Source: Antedon mediterranea (taxonomy: Eukaryota > Animalia > Echinodermata). Taken from it: a stretch of DNA of 64,000 nucleotides. The stretch lies in the NCBI RefSeq assembly GCF_964355755.1, contig NC_092673.1, positions 11,752,948 to 11,816,947 of the forward strand. The letters run 5' to 3'. How positions within the stretch are numbered: the first letter of the stretch is position 1; each line of letters begins with the position of its first letter. Below the pieces are notes generated by a model, which saw nothing but the letters and a program-made list of their open reading frames with translations, searched no databases and was not told the DNA's origin. Positions 23,421 to 38,400 of this stretch are shown here, piece by piece. A program made the position numbers and the translations under genes.

Positions 23421-26400
23421 CTGTAAATAACAATTCAAAACCATATTTAGTAATACAAAAGTAACTAAAACTCAACAATACAACCAGGATGTTTTGTTAA
23501 TACAAATATGTAAAAACTAAAAATCTGTGTATTGTTTAGTATAATTCATTATTAAATTTAATTTACTATTAAACTGAGATCAACATTATTCTCTTTTCAT
23601 TCATATTCTATTTGGTACTATATTTAATATCTTACTGTATACCTCTACTTAATTTAACAATGATTTTTTTTTAAACAATTTACCATTGAGGGTTTGTATT
23701 GTCATTTTTGAGACGTCTTTGATGTAGCCTGATAGAGCACCACTAAACTTTGCCACATTCTGATCCCTATGGCAACTTTTCCAGTAGAACTGATCTGGGG
23801 CTGATTCATCCATGTCTACGGTAGATGCTAGTTCAAATTGACTATCTTGAACTTTCAGGAAGAGAAGTTGTACTGATTTAAGAACCTGTAAACAGCATTT
23901 TACCAAATCCACCTAGAAAATAATGTTAATTATAGATATTTAAGACTGCTTTGTATAGTAAATTATCTAAGCAGCAGAGCGAGTGTAGTAATTATCAACA
24001 GAAAGAAAACAATTCTCATTTACCCAAGCAAAAACAAACTTGTGTCTATCTCTAATTCTTTCAGGTTTTTCAATTATTGCGCCAGCCACCAAGCAGGCAG
24101 CACGGAATTTTGTTGAGCTCTGTTAATTACATTTGTTTGTTTAAGCACTTCAGTTGTAATTTTGCTGTTTTATATTGTGATTTTCCTAAACCTTTTGATG
24201 TACTTTATTATTGTAAGTTGATTTGTGATACTAGTTTTAACGTACTGTGCTGTATTTATTTATTGTGTTTACCGTTTGATTCCAAACCATCTACACGCAG
24301 GCATTGGTCAAAGACTGTCACCCTTGTATTAGCATTCCAGCCAGGCATTTTTGAAACAATAGGGTGGAGGAAGAATGTGTTTTCTATCATACAACGCAAA
24401 ATTTATGAGAGAGCGACTCACCGAAAAGTTATTGCTAAGGAGAATTTAAGGCTACTGGACGATGTTTGGATTGATTTTAAATCGATTGAAGTTCTGAAAG
24501 GGAGAGGCTGTTGCACAGGCAAGAACAAAAAATGTCTTATTCCAACTATCTGTTACACCCAACTTGAGGTAAGCAACAATAGTTGTAGGCCTAGGAATAG
24601 GCATAACACTGGTACTGTGCGCAAATATAAACCGAGGACTAGGCCTAGGTACATTATAATTCATGCACAGCCTTATAGACCCAAACAGCATTCAAAAGCC
24701 TTCTTTTACCAATTTTGTTTCTTACCTAACCATATTCGATGCTAAACAAAATGGACGAATTATCTGGAACAATCAAGACCGAGTAGGCCGATATTGCTAT
24801 AGTGACTGAAACTTGGATCACCAAAAATTCTAATCCTGCGAAGTTTAATATTGACGGTTTCAATAACTTTAATAAAAACATAAAAAAGGCGGTGGTATAA
24901 TTACTATGTGAAAGAAAACATCATTGTGAAGAAACACATCGACATCATTGTTCCAGAGAATCTAGAAGTTCAATGGCTACTTATCAACCACAACCAACTA
25001 CCTAGATGTGCACCTTATATTATTGTATGTGCAGTATACATACCCCCAAATTCGGAACATTGTTCATTATTGACTGATCATTTGGCTTCATTGTTAGACT
25101 TTATTCGGACTACCAAACCGCAAGATGGAATTGTTGTGTTAGGGGATTTCAACAGAAATGACTTAAGAACTATTTTACTTGGTAACAATGTTAAACAAGT
25201 TGAATTAACTCCTACTAAAGGTGAAACAACATTAGATTTAATTATAACAAATTTGTAAAATCAATTGATTAGTCCAACCATTAAGGCTCCATTAGGGCGT
25301 AGTGAGCATAATTGCATCATTCTTAAACCCGACCCTAAATTGTACAAACCTAACAACCATCTTACAAGCGTATCTCTAATTCTCGTCAACATCAGATTGT
25401 ATAACTTTGTCATAAGATTGACCTGTAGCTGTAGATATGCAAGAAACTTTGTTATATGACATTAGAGTCACGCACAGCGCAAGTTACGCGCGATTTTATG
25501 ATATTTTATGGTTGCTCATAAATTCTGTACATAAATTAATATTTCAATGAAACTATACGAAAGTGTATTTCATAAGATGGAGCAACTTTTGACAAGATAA
25601 ATATGGCGTGCTAAGCTAAAAATTACGGGAATTTCGCGTACATTTCAGGTTATTTTGAGCATTTCAACGTTTTCTAAATTGTTTTGCGCACGAAAGCATA
25701 GAAAAATGATTTTTGCAATTAATTTTTGTTTTTCATACATTATTTTGATAAACTTTTATTGCAAATTAACAACGCATGTACACATTAAACTTTGTATGCT
25801 AAAGAATAGGTAATATAATGCAAATTTGTTAAAAAAATATACCTATTTTTAATCAGTTATAGCTCTTCTGGCAGGTTACCACTATTTAAAAAATTTTATT
25901 ATGGAAGCTGATGAGTTGTAGATACCAATTCATGTAAAATTTGCAGTATATACAGTATATTTTAATCTGTTATATTACATAGCCTATGTAAATACGCGAA
26001 CGTGATTGGTTGAAACTGCATCACATGACTACCGCTGCGAGGATCGTAAATCGTATATATCCTCGAGAACGATGATATTGACTGAGTATTTTTCGCGTAA
26101 TTATCGTGTCCCTGTCATTAATCATATAAATTCTAGAGTACGATGATATTGACTGTAAATTTCGTGTGGCAACACTCGCGTTTGCCGATAAATAAACAAA
26201 AGTCATCTACTGGGTCTTGAACTCGTGATGAAATTGTCACTCCATCACAAGACAACGCTTCATGCGCTGCGCCACGGAACTTGCTTGAAGAAATTAATCA
26301 TCTAAACTATGCATACATAGCGCCCTCATTTATTTTTAGTCCTCCCTAGATGTGAAATTGAAATTTTCATTAAATGTAATTATGTAGATAATTATCTTTT

Positions 26401-29400
26401 AAAATAGTTATTTTTATATGTCAATTTGATGACGTCATCATGTTAATAGTTGGATTTAAAAGATGGATAATCACACACAGCATTAAGACACAACAATTAA
26501 AAAAAAAGATTTTTTTTCTCAAAGTGAAATCTTATGTAGGAGAATTTTACAGTAGGCGGAGGTATGCACTCTCGAAGTCCCGTTCTAGTTTAAAATTAAA
26601 CAAAACTTGAAATGGGATGCTCATATAATCGATCTTGTAAGAGAGCAAACCAAAAAATGTTTATGATAAGAAAATGTAAAACTGCTGTTTTTGATAATAA
26701 TTGATGTCATTTTTATATGTAATATCGTAATGTTATTGTAATAAGATGCAGCAATTTAGCCTATGGCTGCAAATTTTATATGTTCGAAATAAAAGATACC
26801 ATGATATCCTGCCAATTAAATGTAAAGTACTGTGTTTTTCTTTATAAATAAGTGACAGAACTGCCTCTACCTGCAAAAGATGCCAACTTTATAAAATCAG
26901 CTTACCTTTTTTGTGTTTTGCATTGCTGTTTGTAGATTCTGTTCACAGTTGGTAACCAGTTGTATTCCCTCTTGTATTGTACGGTCTGCAAGGGCATCAG
27001 CTCCATCCAAGATACCTTGTTTAAGGGTATAATCAATCTAATATAACAATCAAATACAGGTTAATATTTCTTGAGTTGAAAGATTGACTGTTCTATTTAA
27101 CAAAGCGGTCCAAATTGAAGATATAACCCTAAGAGCAAACCAGTTATAGACTGCACAATCTATGTGGGTTTCCCATCACGCAATATATTTTTATGTTTTA
27201 TTTATTTTTATTACACCTTATTTATAGAGGGTGACCCGAAACAGCGTATGCTGACAATCAAGAGGCCCTCTTGATGTGTGACAGTGGCTGTGTGTATACT
27301 AGTACACCGGGGTAACCCCTACTCATCTCAAAAGATGTACTAGGTTCTTTAAAGTGCACATGAAAGACCCCACCAGAACCAAGGTATTACGGTTCCACTC
27401 CCTCACTCATTGTTCAAATGGAAAAAATAATGGCAAGTTAATTAGTAAAAAGAAACTTGGCCGGGAGGTGACATTTTTCCTAAATTGAATCTAACCCTCT
27501 AAATAATCTCTCTCAACTATAAAAAAAAAAACAGATTTCAATGGGACTCAAACAGGGCTTTAGGTCCACAATCGCGGCACACAAGCTAGCTTGCTGAAAA
27601 CCTTTGATGCCTGAAACATTGAGCACTGCATCAAGTACTGTAAACAAATTTCTCAAACGTAAGTCTTATCACATGGTCTGTTTACTACAACCTACCTTTG
27701 GATTTTGTGTAATCTCTTTATTTGGATGAAGTGTTATCAATTCTGTATCTGTTGCAATAGCCAATTCTCCTATTATCCTGGCTGTAAACTTTAAAGCTTT
27801 ACATATCACTTGATGGGATTCTGTAATCATGCTAGCAATGTCACCCTCACATCCCTGCCAATACAAACAAAAATAATGCAAAATGTATTATTAAGGCTTT
27901 AACTTTCTCTAATTTAACACGTATGTACTGTTTTTACAATGCAATATTGCATTTTGGCATATTATCTATATATAAATTTATGTAAGGTAATTCGGTAAAA
28001 TCACTCCTTACTTCTAGAATTTTTACTCGATGGTATATAAAGTTGGTTCATACTTTCGGTACTGATTTTATCCACCTGATGTAACCTTGTTTACTAATTA
28101 AATTGAGTTAGATAATTAGTTATTGACAATTAAAACGACTTTAGATTCAACAATTTGCCCCGGAGGGGTGTTTTCTGATCGTGGTATTCACTGTCTAATG
28201 GATGTCCATCTTTAAAAATACCCGCACACAATAATACGAAGATGCTTTGCATTTTCCTATCTCCTCCTACGATAATGGTTTTTAATAGCTGAAAACCGGT
28301 TGAACAGCTCGAGTACAGCATCATAATGTTGAAGACAGGCTGATTTTCTTTAAAAAATACTATTTTGATAGATTTAATATACGTTTATACAAATGTATTG
28401 ATTTGCGATGAATGGAACGTTCCAATCTGTATTTGCTTCAAATTCCTGAGTAAATAGAGGGCGCAATATTTTCGACAAATGCTTAGATTAGAAATAGTGT
28501 AGGGTGTTAATCAACACTAAGAGCGGCTTTCGGATAATTTTAGATCCATGACCGATAAATGAAAATTCATTGAACTGATTATCGTAGGTTCCATCACCAC
28601 CACCCCGTGCTGCCCAATCCCTGTAGTTAAATTTCCATTTCTCCTTGATTTCCTGAGTCTACATCAATTACTTGTTCTTTATGGTATCCAGTATTCGTTT
28701 TTATCTTTATTTCTGAATACTAGATGCTGAACTAATTGCTACCGTTCCTTCTTGGCATTTTCTGGATTCTCACTCCTGAGGACGAGCAAAGTATATTGAT
28801 CAAAACGTCGAGAAACTCAACAGTTCTTTTCAGAACTAATACACGTGGTGTACCGCAAACTTTATATCGACTTTCTGAATACCCCAATTAAGGGGACACT
28901 TCCATTTTTGTTTAGTGTCCCAAAAATTCCCCCGTTTGTTTGTTTGTTTTGTTTTGTTTGTTTTTTTTTATCTTTATACTGGGTGACCTCATCAGTCAAA
29001 GACTGATCTCCCAGAGGGCCCAGTTGGTGATCAGTGGCTGTGATGTACTAATACACCGGGTAACCCCCTACTCGTCTCGAAAGACGTACTAGGTTCTTTA
29101 AAGTGCACACGAGCAAGTTGTGTACACTGGACCTACGGTTTATAGTCCTTATCCGAGAAGACTCGTTCTACCACCAGAACCATGGAGTAAGTGAGCCTCG
29201 AACCCCTGCCGATGTTATGGCTACGTGACGGTTCCACTGTCTTAACCGCTCGGCCACTCACTCACTACCCTGTGGGTTCTATTGTATTCGAGAACCATCT
29301 GAGGGGACCCCTAGATGGTATGCGAGCGAACCATCTAGTTACTAAATTTGCTTTATGTTAAAAGATCCCATAGAATTTGTTATGTGAAAAATAGCATTTC

Positions 29401-32400
29401 TCAAATACACAAAATAGATAAAACTGTGAACATCTAGTAACATCAGACCTATGGCAATGTGTACATCAGACCTATGGCAATGTGTACATCAGACCTATGG
29501 CAATGTGTACATATGACCTCAGTGATACATCTAGTAACAGCAGACCTATGGCAATGTGTACATATGACCTATGGCAATGTGTACATATGACCTATGGCAA
29601 TGTGTACATATGACCTATGGCAATGTGTACATATGACCTATGGCAATGTGTACATATGACCTATGGCAATGTGTACATATGACCTATGGCAATGTGTACA
29701 TATGACCTATGGCAATGTGTACATATGACCTATGGCAATGTGTACATATGACCTATGGCAATGTGTACATATGACCTATGGCAATGTGTACATATGACCT
29801 ATGGCAATGTGTACATATGACCTATGGCAATGTGTACATATGACCTATGGCAATGTGTACATATGACCTATGGCAATGTGTACATATGACCTATGGCAAT
29901 GTGTACATATGACCTATGGCAATGTGTACATATGACCTATGGCAATGTGTACATATGACCTATGGCAATGTGTACATATGACCTATGGCAATGTGTACAT
30001 ATGACCTATGGCAATGTGTACATATGACCTATGGCAATGTGTACATATGACCTCAGTGATATTGTATGGGTTTGATTTCCTTTGTCAATTTAACAGACTT
30101 ATATTACTTTACGAATATAGACACTATACCACAGGAAACCAATTTAATTTATTTTAAACTTATTTGTATCACAGGTGGGTCTATTTGCTGGATAATTTTG
30201 TAAATATTTGTAAAAACAAGTATCCTTTCAAAAACCCTTAAAGATGTATTGTCCCTTTGTCAAATTCCAAAAAAATAAAAATAAAAAGATTTCGAAAAAA
30301 AGTGGGTCATTTTGAAGCATTATAATAGTTATTAACTTTCACAAAAAATTAGTCGAGAAAAAAAATCATTTAACTGAAATAGAGACGTTTTTTTTTGTTC
30401 AAAAAATAACTTTGACTTCCAGTCAAAGTTTTCGATCAAAACATATCTCATAATGCAACGCGCTTATTTGGCTACTCTGTACGCATAATCATAAAACTTC
30501 CTCGCGATCTGTGTGAAAACACCTTCTCAACCGTGAGGAGTTGTAAACAATCCTAATTAACATCATGCATAATGTATACTCATGGTTTGAAATCTTTGTT
30601 TACTTTCGCTCGCGACGATTTTCCAGACGAAATGTAATCAAATTAATTTAGCTGTTAATTACGTAAAATTGTTGTTTTTGGCTCGAATTTTCGACTTAAA
30701 GTAAAAAACTTTAATATTACTTTGATATCGCCAATTTAAATTTAGAATATTTTGACCTTCATTTTTTGTGTTTCAAGGGACAATACATCTTTAAATAAGT
30801 GCTACTGGATATTCCAAGGAGCAAACATAGGGAGAGTTGGGGAGATCGAACTTTCAGTAAATTGCTGGGCCCAGGAACCACCTACCTTTGAACATTAAAC
30901 AAACATCATTATTGAGCACTTTTAACTCACTTCTCAAAACTTACATTTTTTGATATTTTTTGCAGCGCCATGAGTAATGACTGTTGGAATGGCGCTATAT
31001 AAATCTTTATCAATATGTCTTGGCAATGTCTTGGTAGAAAAATGTTCTTGGCACATGCACAAAATTGAACACTAGAAGGCAGCATCTTTGCTTATGTGGG
31101 CACACTAACACTTCATCTTTTATTTTCACTCCATACTAGGAGAGGGTGCATTCTGGTTGTTATGCATTTAAGCAAATATATTTGCTTAGTATTATCAATA
31201 AATCCAACAAAAATTAAGTTACACTTTTTTTGGCTTTGATAAATCTGTCCCCTAGGTCATAAATTAAGATATTTTCCAGTTTCTGTATTAAAATGCACTT
31301 CTCAGCTATCCAGGACTAAACAGCTCATTCATTCAAGGAAAGTATACTGTCAACCAATCAAATCTTTTAAATTGTGGTTTGATGAGGACAACAAAAGAGC
31401 TAATATTGTTTTCTGACTTTTACTTTATGTCTGTCACCTTTGCTTTGATTTCTTTAATTATTATGTCATTTACATACTTGTGCATAGTACTGTAGTTATA
31501 ATTGTGTGCCTTTGATGATCAAAATAAAGATTGAAACATTGAATCATGGCTTGCTTCTCGTTATTATTAGTCAATATCATATTTAATAATAATAAATTTT
31601 AAACAAAAAAAACTAACTTGTAACATCTTGCTGAAGTCGTTAACCATCTTTTTAATACAGTCTACTAACTGGTCTGATAAATCTCTCACAAGAATTACTT
31701 GAAGGCTAGCCAATTGTTTTGTCCACTGTAAGGCGTAAGTGCCCAGGTACTGAAAACTTTGGGTTGCTTGCATAACACTTGTATCAACATCTCCATAACA
31801 TGAAACATCGTCTATATTGTAATAAAATTTGAATTTAACATGGGCATGTAATGTATAAAAAAATTACCTAATCTAAATTAATCAACTCATTTAACAAGCA
31901 AAATCAGCACTGTGGTCATGTTACAATGGACATTCATGTGCAAGATTGTATTGTAGTTATAAATGCAGCAAAAAAGTAGATTATTCTGTGGATTTGGTGA
32001 TACCATGTACTGATGTAGTAATCTTTAGGTCAACTACACACGTTACTATTACACAGCTTTAGGTGTGCCAATTCCCACAACTGTATATAAGCGGACAAAT
32101 TCCAGATAATTATTTTAGGATAACAACCAACCCCAGGGGCGGATTGCAATAAATGTCTTAAGTCTTAGACTTAAGACCAAGATGAAACCCTTGGCAATGA
32201 TGGTCTTAGAGTTAAGACCATTGCAATATGAAATATAAGCCTAAGCCTATCAGTGCTGTGGTCTTACATTGTAATCCTCCTCTAGGCAGGCTTAGGACTA
32301 TCACATGATCCAAGCAAGGCCACAATAAACACTAACCAAGATCGCCATGTAGTAGACCATCATGGTTACGAAAGAGCTTTGAGGGTGTCTGATTCCACTG

Positions 32401-35400
32401 TCACCATGTACACAGTCAGGGCTCACCACCTTGATATGGGTCATGGTCAGCCGACAACAATGAACAAATTAAAAATAGCTCAAAGTAGAAGAGAAGTTTC
32501 AATGTACAACTTCTAGACCTAAATCTTCAGCAACAGTTGATTTCTCACCAAATCAACTGGAAATCTTAAATGCTATGCAACAGCAAGAAATGGATTTTTA
32601 AAAATCTATGTTGCAAGATAATATGATCTTAGGTCGGAATCTGAGTGTCGATCAAAAGACAGAATTAAGATGCCTCGTAAGAGACAGCGTTTGGGAAGCC
32701 CTTCGTCGGAGGATACCTTTTTTAGCCAACGAAGACGTAGTCGGATCTCTAAGTGACTATTCACCAACTGGGTCATACCAGCAAAAAAGTGAGGATGCCT
32801 TATCGGTGAAATACTCTGATAGATAATGACCTTGATATTAGGAAATTTAACCCGAAGAGGTTCTGTAATGTTAATTAACCCACATGAAGAGGCTAAAAAT
32901 ACATCATAAAACAAAGATATTCTGTTATGTTGGGGAGAACAAAGAACCCATCCTAGACCAATAAAAAAAAAAGTGACATTTTGGAAAAATTAAAACCTAC
33001 TGTAGATCATTTTTTAAGTCAGCCGATATGCCAAAACTAATTAGATTGACATTAATAACAAAGAAATTTGAAACATGGAAAACTGACAATTCAATCTGGT
33101 CGTTGCATTTTTGGCAATGAATGGGCACAGAAAGTTGATGAAGACTTCGAGATTAAAGGATGCATGTATTTGTCCGGTGCAAGCTATTTCTATGTGAATC
33201 ACACCAGTACAATCAGGGGGTCGGAAACACAAATGTTTGTTAGCTACAATAAGTAGTTGGATGGTTGAAATTCTGGGTTTGACCGGTGTTAATACTGAAC
33301 AATTTAGGGCTTCTTCAACTCGCTCGAGGAGAAGCTTCCTACTCCCACAAGATGGGAGTTTCATTGAATAATATTTTAGAGGCAGCAGGATGGGCCTCTT
33401 CTTCAATGTTTAGCCGGTTTTATCATAACCCATCTACCGCTTCTTCAGTGACTGGAGGAGCTTCAAAGCCGCCAATTGATTCGAGCCGAGAGAGGGTGAT
33501 GTATAACTAATGACTATGCAAGGGTACGGAAGTATAATCATGATGATACGACTCCTCTCGAGGTGAGAAGCAATTCCCACCCACAAAGATTTAGGACAAA
33601 ATATAACCCTCCCTAATTGATTCTCATGTTTTAGTGGGGTTTAAATATGTGTACTGTTCACTGTTCGAAGTACTTCAGTTTTATTTTGTTGTCCTTGGAG
33701 GACATGTTTATGGTTTATGGTTTTCCTAAGTTATTTTCTGCGTTGTTCTACAGAGGGTTGATGTTACAAAACATAATTTATTCATGATTAGGGTTTGCAG
33801 ACGCTTTCATTATATGCATTAAGAAAATCACATGCAACTAAATCGAGCATGCTCTGTGGTGGCTGCAACCATCGTTTTGCATAATGTATCTCCATCTCCC
33901 AGATAATGATGTTGCTCAGTACCCTGGGGACCAAAATGACCCAGAAAAAAATGAGCAATTGCCTAATAGATTTCTTTTTTTAAGTTCAATATATATTTGG
34001 AATAAATTTTATACTGTATACGTTAAATAGCCTTAATTAAATTATTTACTATTCAGGCCTGTTTGAAATACATGCAAATAAATACTTGGAGTTTAGAAAT
34101 ACAGTACTATTAATTGGCGTTTTTGTCAGTGTTTAACAGTGTTGTTATTATTTTTAATTATTATTATTAAATTTGTTATATATACAATAGCATAATCATA
34201 ATAAATAATAATTTCAACTACAAATTATCACAAATTATTGTTTTACATTCAATGTCATACTTGTTGTGAGGAGCGTATTTTCCAGTTTAATTGTTTGCTC
34301 CTCAGCAACAAATTTTTTTCAGATTCTGTTGAACTGTCAATTAATTGTGAAAATCGATCGATTAATATTCCAACTAATTATGAGCATCACGTTCGTAGAC
34401 CAATATAGGCCTTTTGGAGAAAAAAAATAGGTACTGTATAATATAAATTTACCGTAAGCATAATAGGCCTAGACTATAATACCCCTTTCACACCAAAACT
34501 CTGGAGGGATCTCCGGAGACACCCCGGGGTTTACGACCATTCAAAACATCGAGAAACTCCAGAGATACCCCTTTCACACCATTCTAGCAACACCGGGGTT
34601 TATAAAATAAAATTGTAAATGTTGCCCTCTATTTTGTTTGTTTACATAGCGACGATCATTAGAATGATTTTAATTGATAATATTTTTAAAAGTCTCAGAA
34701 TTCATTTAATGTTTTATTGATACTACTTATTATTTTCTAGACCCGCTATGTATTTTTGCAAATATTTAAAGTATTTTGAAGTAATACTATTAGCAATGAG
34801 TGATCGTGTGAGGATGACCTTTTGATCTGAAAACTCCGGAGTTTGATGTTGGTACCTTTCACACCAAAACACCAGTGTCCCCGCAGTTCGCTCTCCGGAG
34901 AATGTTTAACCCCGCAGTTTTAAACTCCGGAGTTGCTTGATTTTACCTTTCACACCAAAACACCAGGGCGTCAACTCCGGAGTGTCTCCAGAGTTTTGCT
35001 TTTGGTGTGAAAGGGGTATAGGATAAGATCTATTAATAATTAATCATAACTAAACTCTAGGCATATTCAAACAAATTAATTCATTATGCATACCTATGGC
35101 TCTTTCAACTTCGGTCGCCAATCCAGTAAATGCACTGGAGTCACCTAGCATATCTATAATTAATGAAGGTGGGTATTTGAAATTGGGGACCTCCACCAGT
35201 GGATTAAAAAAATTTGCTGTTGACAGTATCTTTATTGTGGGAAAATCCCTCAATTAACTAAATTTTTTCAGTTTCAGTAAAAGTTAGAGGCCCATATTTA
35301 CGCACGTCACACTAATACTTCCCTTTATAATCTCATTTTTTGTATGACACTATTGTTAGTAACTATAGGCTAGTTTGATTGTTGGAAATTCTTAACTATT

Positions 35401-38400
35401 AAAGTCTCAGTTAATACTTGCAGTAGGCTTAATGCGTAAGCTTAACTGAGACTTTCTCGAGGTCTTACATTAAACCTAGTCTTTAGTCTAAGCCTAGGTC
35501 TTTATATTACAATCCGCCCGAGACTCCACTACCACGTGCCATGTCCCACTCAAATTAAAGGATACATTTAAACCATTTGTGGATAAGTAAAGTGGTGTAA
35601 AATGTATATAAATAGTTACTCAACTTACTTGAAAAAATAAAAGCATCATTCTTCTTTCTCTGAAAAATCTCAACACAATTGATGGCTGTTAAGATGGTTT
35701 GCATTTGCAGTAGCAACTCATCTGCAATACTGTAATCATTTATCTGGAAGTTGTCTAGTTTATGTAAAATTTTCCCAAGAGCACCACGGCACAAATAAGT
35801 AAGAGATGAAGAATTTAGAGTTCCATCATGTGATTCTAATATAATAAAAAAGATAGTGACTGAACTATATCACACCTAAAGCCCGTTTTCCAGTCTATGT
35901 GGAGTTGCAATGAATTGCGTTGAGTTAACCCATAGAGATATTATAGTTCCTTATAATATCTCTATGGTTAACCTGATTCAAGGATTTCACAAGAAGGGTA
36001 AATCAGACAGATGACTGAAATATTAATTCCCTACAATTAAAAAACATTAAACCAGGTAATTCTTTGTCTTAAATGTACGTTTTATGGAAAAAGAGAGAAA
36101 CAATGCACTACCTAAGTAGCTTAAGGTGAATGTCCTCTCGTTGGCCGTCTTTAGGCCTAGCATAGCTAGGCTTAGTTTTGTAGGCCTAGATGGCCAACAT
36201 CGGTACCATATAAACATCGTATGCTAGCTATAGGCCTAGCCTGACATTGTATAGTTACTGCATTAATTATCTTTCTGTTTTTGCCAGACTCTGTTGATAC
36301 AAATTAGTCTTCTATTTGTTTTGGCCTCACGATTGATCGAAAAGTGGGTGAATTACAGAAGAAAAACAAAAATATCAATCCGCGTGCAATGTATGTTGAA
36401 GTTTATAGCGAGTCGCTAAAATTATTAGAATTGCCACATTTGAACCATTTAAAGACAAAAAATTTATCTCAATAAGGACCATATAGTATTTATTTTTACA
36501 TTAAATGTAGTTTGTGACCTTAAATTAGATCTAAAAAACGTAGAAAATGGGACTTTAATTTAAGTATATATTAAGATATCAGCAATATATTCCCTAGGTT
36601 AGTTGCAGCATCAAGAACCCAAAACTGTTTCTTGCGGGCCCGGCTGTGTGTAGCTAGGATAGTTTTGCAACACTACACATCATCATTACCCGATTACCAT
36701 TACTTATTCTCAACTTTAACGATTTGAAAACTTGCCAAAACCTCATGTCAACTGGAAAACAGGCTTAAGAAAGATTCTTTATTTTACGTAAATGTTGATC
36801 AAAATTCCAACTCTAGAAAATGGTTTAATAAATATTTTAACATCTTAAAATGAGAGTTAGTATTGAGCGTGTCCAGTGTATACATGCACTTTAAATAACC
36901 CAGTGTCAGTGTTGTGGGTTTGTCGTTGCTAAAATGCTAAGAATTTCTGATACAGGTTTAATAATGTACTGTAGGTCATACACTGTGTAGATTCTACATG
37001 TGTTTAGTCAGGGATGCATAATAGCTTTTGTGAGCAGCTTTAAGTTTAGTTATTTTAACACATTGCGACGTAGCTTAGTGATTATCAGTTGTCGCAAATC
37101 AAAAGCTCTCTAATAACAGACTCTCTGGAGAGATGAAAAGTTTGAGATTGTACTGTATAAAGCGCATTATATAAATCTAATCCTAAAGATCAAGACATTT
37201 TTACCTGAAATCAGTGGTATTGATGAACATGACAATGTACTCTGGCTTGATTTAGGTATTGAATTATTAGATGATATGCTGGTCTCACTAGAAAAATAAT
37301 ACATCAAGGATATCACTATAATGAAGATTTGTTTGATGTCAACTTTCAATACTAATGTATTCCCTTCGAAATAAGATTTCTTATTATTACATAAAGGCTG
37401 TAAATACAACTGGTCAAAGTTCACATTTACAATGGTAAGATCTAGAAAACTAAGATCAATATATCTTTGAAAGATGGAACCGTTTTGATTAATAATGTCA
37501 ATTAATTTTGTCACAATCAAAATTAGCGATAATTATTTTAGTTATATTTACCTTGGTAACATTGAGTTACTAAGACACATACAGTCCTTTTGCCAGCAAT
37601 CATTTGGGTCATAAAATATGTCTTCTTTAGAATCTTCACTCTGAAACAAACACATTACAATTAAGATTAAATAAAACAGGATTAGTTCATAAAAATAGAT
37701 TATATGGTTTGTTTAGAAGTGTTGGTGATTGCTGGTAGTAGCATGCTGTATATATGCCTAGAAGACACTTCTTGAGATCAATAAAGATTTAGTCTTAGTA
37801 TTTACTAAGAATTTAGAATTTAGTATTCTTAAGAGAGCCGGTCACTAAAAATCAAACATTAGGTGGCAAGGGTCAACATTTCGAATTGGCTCATATTTTG
37901 CACATTGGTAGACCTTGATGTAAGTAAACCTGATGTGTAGTTTGTTTGGTAAAATATCGCTTAGTTTTCGAGAAAATAAAAAAATAACGATTTTCGGCCA
38001 ATTTTGTTAATTTTTGGTGTATAATTTACATTAAGTTTAACAGCCTTTGGAAGCCAAACGTAGCAATCTAGCGTTTTAATATTTTACACTTACGTTAACT
38101 TGACAATATTTTAGTAAAGTTTCAAAAAATTTGATGAAATTTTAAGATTTTTACTAATTAATTACTAATTAGCATATATAAAACTCTTAAAGACGAATTT
38201 TTTTTAAATAAAAAAATCATTAATCTAAAGTTTAGATACTAATATTTATGAATCAAGTAAAAAAAATTCGGGGAAACTATTTTGCGCTCCGTGCCAGAGC
38301 AACAAAGTTGTAAGAAATTCAAAGATTTTATCTGTCGGCAAGATCAATCAGATGTACCTATTGTTATCTATTTAGCAATCTAAGTCGCTTTGAGCCAAAC

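Larger units (their letters stand above)
32137..35519. mobile_element. Second decayed PIF/Harbinger element with nested DIRS remnant and MITE
   Basis: TIRs gggcggattgcaata..cttagact / agtctaag..tattacaatccgccc. Transposase C-terminus [14 protein letters not shown] on + (~33845-33890). Myb/SANT-partner remnant [19 protein letters not shown] on - (35050-35300). Confidence 0.7.

Noticed and set aside
26800-26870. Extra KIF14 exon (CAG acceptor, open frame)
   Set aside because: Its likely donor gives phase 2, while the flanking exons already join in phase 0.
29431-30061. CRISPR array
   Set aside because: The 23-bp units are head-to-tail with no unique spacers, there are no cas genes, and the context is a eukaryotic intron.
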